Of a stretch of 64,000 nt of DNA, positions 58,977-64,000 are shown one piece after another. The notes under the pieces are model-generated. The model ran no database searches. It was not told the origin of the DNA and saw only the letters and a list, made by a program, of their open reading frames with translations. Both the position numbers and the translations under genes were made by a program. Each line of letters starts with the position of its first letter. Position 1 is the stretch's first letter. This DNA is from an uncultured Oscillospiraceae bacterium (GTDB lineage: Bacteria > Bacillota > Clostridia > Oscillospirales > CAG-382), in NCBI GenBank assembly GCA_964485815.1, contig CAZAJX010000004.1:2417-66416 (forward strand), in the 5' to 3' direction.

Positions 58977-60251
58977 TTGACTAATAAAAAGATTCTCTAT
59001 TTTATAATTGCCGCGCTGTTTGTTTTTGCAGCAGCGCTTACCATTATATTCGTTTTTCCTGAAAAGGAAGAAAATTCAAAAGCAGAATCGGATTTTTCAC
59101 AAACACCGGAGGTAAGCGAAATTTCCCGGGAAATCAGCGAAGATAGCGCAGTTGATGTTTCCGATACCGTTTCGGTGGATATATCCGAAGAGATATCCGA
59201 AGAAATTTCCGAAGAAGAATCCGCTTTACCCGAGGTTTCTTTTGTTCCCTCCGTTTCCGATGATGTCAGCGAACCCGCCGAAGAGTCTTCTTCACTGCCC
59301 GATGAGGAAACAAGCATTTTAGATGAAGTTTCCGAAGAACCCGCGCAAACTATTACAGTTCCTCAAATTACCGTACCCGAACCTCCCGATACAGCTTGGG
59401 ATGGCAGCGTAGCGACTGCTTTTGAACAGGGAAGCGGTACACAAACAGATCCGTTTGTTATCGCCACTCCCGCACAGCTTGCGTTTTTCCGTGATACCGT
59501 CAACAACGGTAATGAGTATACAGATCAATATATTTCTCTTTCGGCAAGTATCTGCTTATCGGATATGGACATTGATGAAATACCAGATGAAAGCGAGGCT
59601 TTTTGGAAAGGTATCGGCACAGATAAGCATCCCTTCGGAGGCACTTTCGATGGAAACGGATACGCTGTCTACGGCATTTACGGCGATGGACTCTTCGGAA
59701 CGATACAAGGCAGTGTAAAAAACGTAATTATCGTAAATTCTTATATAACCTCAGGCGGCGCGATTGCGAAAACTGCAAGCAAAAACTATAATTTTCCCGA
59801 TAATCCCACGGTTATTTCGGGCTGTGCGGTTTACGATACTGTTGTTCTCGGAAACGGCGGTGTGATCGGCTACGCAGGGGGATATAATATCGAAAATTGC
59901 ATAAACACCGCTACCGTCAAAGGAAACGGATCTTGGGTTGGCGGTATTGCAGGTGAATTTGCCATGGGCACTATGAAGGATTGCTTTAACCTCGGCAGTA
60001 TTTCCGCAGATACTGTATGCGGCGGTATCGTCGGCAATGCTTTTAACAGCAGCTTTAACGAATGTTATAATGTCGGAGAGGTTAAGGGTGTGAATTTCAG
60101 CGGCGGCATTGCGGCTGTTGATTATGACAGCACCTTTTCCTCCTGCAGATATTTGAATACTTCGGCAGAGTACGCTTTGAAAACAGGCGACGGTACTGCG
60201 TTGACTACAACAAACGGTATTTTTGTCTTCACCTCTGATGATATTGGTTAA
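58977..60251 (+). CDS. membrane-anchored surface protein with an acidic Ser/Glu linker and GLUG-motif repeats
   Basis: TTG start. N-terminal signal anchor (ILYFIIAALFVFAAALTIIFVF), then an S/E/D-rich linker (DVSDTVSVDISEEISEEISEEES...). Repeated GG(I/V)xG...C.N.G units follow (GGVIGYAGG, GGIAGEF, GGIVGNAF, GGIAAVD), typical of the GLUG motif. Confidence 0.7.
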   Translation: MTNKKILYFIIAALFVFAAALTIIFVFPEKEENSKAESDFSQTPEVSEISREISEDSAVDVSDTVSVDISEEISEEISEEESALPEVSFVPSVSDDVSEPAEESSSLPDEETSILDEVSEEPAQTITVPQITVPEPPDTAWDGSVATAFEQGSGTQTDPFVIATPAQLAFFRDTVNNGNEYTDQYISLSASICLSDMDIDEIPDESEAFWKGIGTDKHPFGGTFDGNGYAVYGIYGDGLFGTIQGSVKNVIIVNSYITSGGAIAKTASKNYNFPDNPTVISGCAVYDTVVLGNGGVIGYAGGYNIENCINTATVKGNGSWVGGIAGEFAMGTMKDCFNLGSISADTVCGGIVGNAFNSSFNECYNVGEVKGVNFSGGIAAVDYDSTFSSCRYLNTSAEYALKTGDGTALTTTNGIFVFTSDDIG

Positions 60252-60253
60252 AT

Positions 60254-60282
60254 ACGGCAGATAAATCTGCCGTTTAATTTTT
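60254..60282 (+). terminator. intrinsic terminator after the GLUG gene
   Basis: Stem ACGGCAG (60254-60260) pairs with CTGCCGT (60267-60273). TTAATTTTT follows. Confidence 0.7.
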
Positions 60283-60284
60283 GT

Positions 60285-60330
60285 CCGTGGGCCCCGAAAA
60301 ACCGTTAGGCTTTTGGGGAAATTTGCAATT
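60285..60330. repeat. palindromic intergenic repeat, copy B (inverted relative to copy A at 32461-32510)
   Basis: Core CCCCGAAAAACC-GTTA-GGCTTTTGGGG at 60292-60318. Flanks also align loosely with the reverse complement of copy A (TGGGG..ATT(T)GC..T). Confidence 0.5.
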
Positions 60331-60335
60331 ACCTA

Positions 60336-60364
60336 TTGACAAACCCTGTTTAATGTGTTAGACT
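60336..60364 (+). promoter_or_regulatory. candidate promoter of the blaI-like/blaR1-like pair (TTGACA-17 bp-TAGACT)
   Basis: TTGACA at 60336-60341, 17-nt spacer, TAGACT at 60359-60364. Confidence 0.5.
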
Positions 60365-60368
60365 ACAA

Positions 60369-60388
60369 ATGTCGAATCGATTAGACAT
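60369..60388 (+). promoter_or_regulatory. 20-bp dyad ATGTCGAATCGATTAGACAT (18/20 symmetric) between the -10 and the RBS; candidate BlaI-family operator
   Basis: Compared by hand with its reverse complement ATGTCTAATCGATTCGACAT. TACAAATGTC, a TACA/TGT half-site pair, overlaps its left end at 60364-60373. TTAGAC is repeated at 60358 and 60381. Confidence 0.45.
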
Positions 60389-60405
60389 ACCAAAGAGGTA
60401 CTATT

Positions 60406-60768
60406 ATGGAAAACACACCTAAGGTTTTTGAAAGCGAATACAGATTTTGTCTTATACTTTGGGAGCACGAGCCTATTTCATGCTCTGCGCTTGCCGCTAT
60501 ATGCAAAGAAAAGCTGGAATGGTCCCGTACCACCACCTATACGGTAATAAAGCGCCTTTGCGAGCGTGGCGTGCTGGTCAACGAGAACTCTATCGTGCGT
60601 TCGCTTGTAAGCAAGGACGAGGTTCAGGTTTCCGAATTGGACGAACTGTTTGTAAAACGTTTTGAAAGCTCTCTCCCCGCGTTTATTGCCGCTTTCGCAA
60701 AGCACCAAAAGCTTTCCGAAAAAGACGTAGACGATATCCGTAAGATAATAGAACGCGGAGATAAGTAA
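60406..60768 (+). CDS. BlaI/MecI/CopY family transcriptional repressor
   Basis: 120 aa with a winged helix (SCSALAAICKEKLEWSRTTTYTVIKRLCERGVL) and a C-terminal dimerisation helix. Immediately followed by an M56 peptidase gene. Confidence 0.8.
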   Translation: MENTPKVFESEYRFCLILWEHEPISCSALAAICKEKLEWSRTTTYTVIKRLCERGVLVNENSIVRSLVSKDEVQVSELDELFVKRFESSLPAFIAAFAKHQKLSEKDVDDIRKIIERGDK

Positions 60769-60769
60769 A

Positions 60770-63136
60770 ATGTCAAAACTTTTTCTTGATATATTCAATT
60801 TAAGCATAACCGCAAGCTGGCTTATCGTTGCGGTTTTGGCAGTGCGCTTTATTTTCAGAAAGCGTGCACCCAAATGGGTAAACTGTCTGCTTTGGGCTAT
60901 GGTTGGTTTGCGCCTGGTTTTGCCCTTTACTATCGAGAGTCCCATTTCCTTTTCCGTTAACAGGGAAGTGATCAACACTGATGCGATCTACGGTGAAGCT
61001 CCCGCAGATACGGTTCCTCCCGAAGATACCGCTCCTCCTGCCGATACGGTTCCTCCCACAGACGATGAGATAGTTACTCCTCCCGTGATTGATACCGTGC
61101 CGGATGATAATTATATTCAAAGCGGTATCGGCGCTCTGGATGATCGCCTTAATCCCGTTATTAAGGACACCGTGTCCTCTGCACAGCCCTCCGAAGAAAA
61201 CGTTTTACAAAAAGCTATAGATATTGCAAGTTATATCTGGCTTTCAGGTACTCTGCTTTTGTTGGCTTATGCGGTTATCAATTATCTTTTGCTTAAATAC
61301 CGCGTTTCTTCCGCTATCCCTTGCGGCAATTCCGTCCGCAAAAGCGAGAGAGTAGATACTCCTTTTATACTTGGCTTTTTCCGTCCCCGTATTTATCTTC
61401 CTTTCGGCCTTTCTGCCGAAACGGAAGAGTGCGTAGTATCTCACGAGAACGCCCATATCAAAAGAAAAGACCATTTGATCAAACCGTTTGGTTATGCAAT
61501 TCTTTCGGTTTATTGGTTCAATCCTCTGGTGTGGGTAGCTTATATCCTTCTTTGCCGTGATATCGAGAGTGCTTGCGACGAGAAGGTTATAAAAGACTTG
61601 AGCGCCGAAGCAAGAAAGGCGTATGCGACCGCATTGTTGGAATGCAGTGTGCGCAAAAATTATATCGCCGCTTGCCCTCTTGCCTTTGGCGAGATAGGAG
61701 TGAAAAACAGAGTGAAAAACGCGATTAGTTACAAAAGACCTGCATTTTGGGTCATTATTTCCGCCCTTTTGGTTTGTGTTACAGTTTCTGTATTGTTTCT
61801 TACAAGCCCCGCCGGAGCGGAGAATGATATATCCGAAACCGTTTCCGAAGATTCACGCCAAACCGAATCTTCCGATACTTCCGTCACCGATGTTTCCAAC
61901 GATGTTTCTTCATCAGACACCAGCGAATACATCGGTGAGGTTTCGGTGAATGATGAAACTTCCGCAGAATCCTCGGATACCGACGTAAGCGAAGAAATAT
62001 CCGATGACTTGAGCGAGGAAGTGTCTGAAGAAGTATCTGACGAGATTTCCGAAGAAGAATCAACTGCCGACGAATATGAAGACTTGTATTATAGCGATCC
62101 GTACCTATGGTTGACAATGAAATATATAGACAATCATCCGGAATTAAGTGGACTAAAAAGCGGAAAACCGTATCAGACTGAGCACCAAACTCCCGAAGAA
62201 ATTAATAGAAACGAACATAGTGGCACATATGTTTGTACTTTGGTAGTAAATGTTTATGACTATTATTCTTATCTCAACACAGATTCTTATGATGAATCTG
62301 TAATTAAGGAAGCCGGTTTGAAAGTTTGGATTTGTCAAAACGGAGAAAAAATTGATTATGTGTACACTAACAGTAAAGGTGAAGCGCGATTTTTTGTCTT
62401 GGATGGAATGTATAGATTTTACCTTGAAGAAAACGAAAAATATGATGAAGACCGTACAAGGGATAGTGCTTGGTGTAAAAAAGGAGCGCATGTAACCTCT
62501 GATTATAACTTGAAATTATTTACATATGATAAGACCGTATTTAAAGATATGGAGATTTATGTTACCGATGCGGAAACCGGCGAACCTATTGAAGGTGTAC
62601 GATTCTATAGTCAGGATTATGAAGAACTTGACGGTCTTACAGATATAAACGGCAAGGGCAAATGTGATTCCCTCCTAGCGTATGTTGGCCGTGGAATGAG
62701 TCAAAGACGCACTTTGCTTTTCGAAAAAGATGGATACGATCTATATATTGATCAAAAAGTAAGTATCACCGAAACTTATCTGCATATAGAATTAAAAAAG
62801 ACACAGTATTATGAATTTAAGTTTATTTTTGTGGATTATTATACCGGTAAGCCAATCGAAGGTGTATATACCAATGCCAACACCGGCTATGCTATAACGG
62901 TAAACAATAGAGTTGCCGGCGAAGACGGAGTTATATCGGGTGTATATACGAGTGAATATATTAATAGTTATAATCCTTATATTTATAATTCAATAAGCTT
63001 TTATTACGAAAAAAATTACCCTGGAGCAATTGGCTTGGAAACGAAGTCTTGCTCGGTTGAATTAAAAGATAGTTCTTTTGAATGTGTAATCAAAATTAAA
63101 TTTGAAGAAAACTATCACGAATTTGTAAAAGAGTAA
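60770..63136 (+). CDS. M56 (BlaR1/MecR1-type) membrane metalloprotease fused to an acidic linker and a non-canonical ~340-aa extracellular C-terminal region
   Basis: Starts 2 nt after the repressor gene. Four TM helices with HExxH (VSHENAHIKRKDH), then a further TM (PAFWVIISALLVCVTVSVLFL). An S/E/D linker follows (SETVSEDSRQTESSDTS...EEISDDLSEEVSEEVSDEISEEES), then three beta-sandwich-like modules (NSKGEARFFVLDGMYRFYLE, DAETGEPIEGVRFYS, DYYTGKPIEGVYTNA). Confidence 0.75.
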   Translation: MSKLFLDIFNLSITASWLIVAVLAVRFIFRKRAPKWVNCLLWAMVGLRLVLPFTIESPISFSVNREVINTDAIYGEAPADTVPPEDTAPPADTVPPTDDEIVTPPVIDTVPDDNYIQSGIGALDDRLNPVIKDTVSSAQPSEENVLQKAIDIASYIWLSGTLLLLAYAVINYLLLKYRVSSAIPCGNSVRKSERVDTPFILGFFRPRIYLPFGLSAETEECVVSHENAHIKRKDHLIKPFGYAILSVYWFNPLVWVAYILLCRDIESACDEKVIKDLSAEARKAYATALLECSVRKNYIAACPLAFGEIGVKNRVKNAISYKRPAFWVIISALLVCVTVSVLFLTSPAGAENDISETVSEDSRQTESSDTSVTDVSNDVSSSDTSEYIGEVSVNDETSAESSDTDVSEEISDDLSEEVSEEVSDEISEEESTADEYEDLYYSDPYLWLTMKYIDNHPELSGLKSGKPYQTEHQTPEEINRNEHSGTYVCTLVVNVYDYYSYLNTDSYDESVIKEAGLKVWICQNGEKIDYVYTNSKGEARFFVLDGMYRFYLEENEKYDEDRTRDSAWCKKGAHVTSDYNLKLFTYDKTVFKDMEIYVTDAETGEPIEGVRFYSQDYEELDGLTDINGKGKCDSLLAYVGRGMSQRRTLLFEKDGYDLYIDQKVSITETYLHIELKKTQYYEFKFIFVDYYTGKPIEGVYTNANTGYAITVNNRVAGEDGVISGVYTSEYINSYNPYIYNSISFYYEKNYPGAIGLETKSCSVELKDSSFECVIKIKFEENYHEFVKE

Positions 63137-63144
63137 CAAAAAAT

Positions 63145-63169
63145 CCCCGCCGAATTATGTTCGGCGGGG
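63145..63169. terminator. bidirectional intrinsic terminator between the blaR1-like gene and convergent argF
   Basis: Stem CCCCGCCGAA (63145-63154) pairs with TTCGGCGGGG (63160-63169). An A-run lies upstream and a T-run downstream. Confidence 0.75.
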
Positions 63170-63177
63170 TTAATTTT

Positions 63178-64000
63178 TTATACAAGTGTTGCTGCCATTA
63201 CGGCTTTTATGGTGTGCATACGGTTTTCGGCTTCGTCAAAGACGATGGAATTTTCGCTTTCGAATACCTCGTCGGTAACCTCCATACAGTCGATACCGAA
63301 TTTTTCGTATATTTCCTTGCCGGTGGTGGTCTTAAGATCGTGGAATGCGGGCAGACAGTGCATAAAGCGGCATTGCTTGCCTGCAATATTCATAAGCTCC
63401 GTGGTAACGCGGTAGGGAGTAAGCTCCTCTATACGCTCCTTCCAGACTTCATCGGGCTCACCCATAGAAACCCAAACGTCGGTATAAATAACGTCGGCAT
63501 TTACAACGGCTTTTTTGGGATCGGTGATAAACTCAAGAATAGCACCGGTTTCGGAAGCGATCTTTTTACATTCGTCAACAAGCTCGGGGGTGGGGAAGTA
63601 CTTCTCGGGTGCACAGGCAACGAAATGCATACCCATCTTTGCACAGCCCACCATAAGAGAATTACCCATATTGTAACGTGCGTCGCCCATATAAACCAGC
63701 TTTTTGCCTTTCAGCTCGCCGCAATGCTCCTGAATTGTAAGGAAATCAGCCAGTATCTGTGTGGGATGGAATTCGTTGGTGAGTCCGTTCCAAACGGGAA
63801 CTCCTGCGTATTTTGCCAGCTCTTCAACGATCTCCTGACCGAACCCGCGGTATTCGATACCGTCAAACATTCTGCCAAGAACTCTTGCGGTATCCGCAAT
63901 ACTTTCCTTTTTGCCTATCTGTGAGCCCTTAGGGTCAAGATAAACGGGGTGCATACCCAGATCAGCCGCCGCAACCTCAAAAGCACAGCGGGTTCTGGTG
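63178..64000 (-). CDS. argF: ornithine carbamoyltransferase (C-terminal ~274 codons; N-terminus beyond the right edge)
   Basis: OTCase motifs [17 protein letters not shown] and HCLPAFH. The reading frame stays open past the ORF-track Met (63954) to the window end (…[19 protein letters not shown]…). Confidence 0.9.
   Translation of the reverse strand, partial: TRTRCAFEVAAADLGMHPVYLDPKGSQIGKKESIADTARVLGRMFDGIEYRGFGQEIVEELAKYAGVPVWNGLTNEFHPTQILADFLTIQEHCGELKGKKLVYMGDARYNMGNSLMVGCAKMGMHFVACAPEKYFPTPELVDECKKIASETGAILEFITDPKKAVVNADVIYTDVWVSMGEPDEVWKERIEELTPYRVTTELMNIAGKQCRFMHCLPAFHDLKTTTGKEIYEKFGIDCMEVTDEVFESENSIVFDEAENRMHTIKAVMAATLV

Noticed and set aside
58997-59317. A 106-aa minus-strand ORF inside the acidic-linker region of the GLUG gene. 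A similar one lies at 61729..61932 within the blaR1-like linker.
   Set aside because: They are antisense translations of a GAA/TCC-rich repeat (Ser/Glu on both strands). They have no start context and lie wholly inside better-supported genes.

Overview
This 64 kb window looks like a chromosomal segment of an endospore-forming Firmicute of the class Clostridia; I cannot name the genus. GC is about 50-55% in core genes by hand count of sample lines. Most of it is tightly packed housekeeping DNA. Gene order is: pepF fragment, RNHCP gene and a membrane gene (minus strand); then DUF1385-prmC, trmH-like, dprA-topA-plsX-rnc-radical SAM-smc-ftsY, rdgB, cdaA-cdaR, recJ, relA, dtd, hemZ. Next comes a block syntenic with B. 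subtilis yabM-yabR (MOP flippase, mazG, hup, S4, yabP, yabQ, divIC, S1). A complete his operon lies on the minus strand, headed by a YerC/TrpR-like gene. It is followed by proBAC-ilvE, an 11-gene ilvA-ridA-leuACDB-ilvBNC-ilvD branched-chain amino acid (BCAA) cluster with a trailing DUF815 ATPase, and an argF fragment. I saw no rRNA, tRNA, CRISPR array, transposase, integrase or phage genes. Two short stretches look accessory. (i) 28.7-33.9 kb holds a low-GC OmpR-type two-component system. An 11-bp-phased direct-repeat box recurs in identical geometry in front of that operon and of the adjacent orphan lipoprotein gene. A metallophosphoesterase-YgjV pair follows. (ii) 58.2-63.1 kb holds a small membrane protein, a GLUG-repeat surface protein, and a BlaI-family repressor paired with an M56 (BlaR1-type) membrane protease. 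The extracellular part of that protease is an acidic Ser/Glu linker plus an AT-rich (about 25-35% GC) block of beta-sandwich-like repeats, not a sensor domain I recognise. I consider this pair the best candidate for an undescribed signalling module. All calls rest on motif recognition and reading the sequence; no database search was run.
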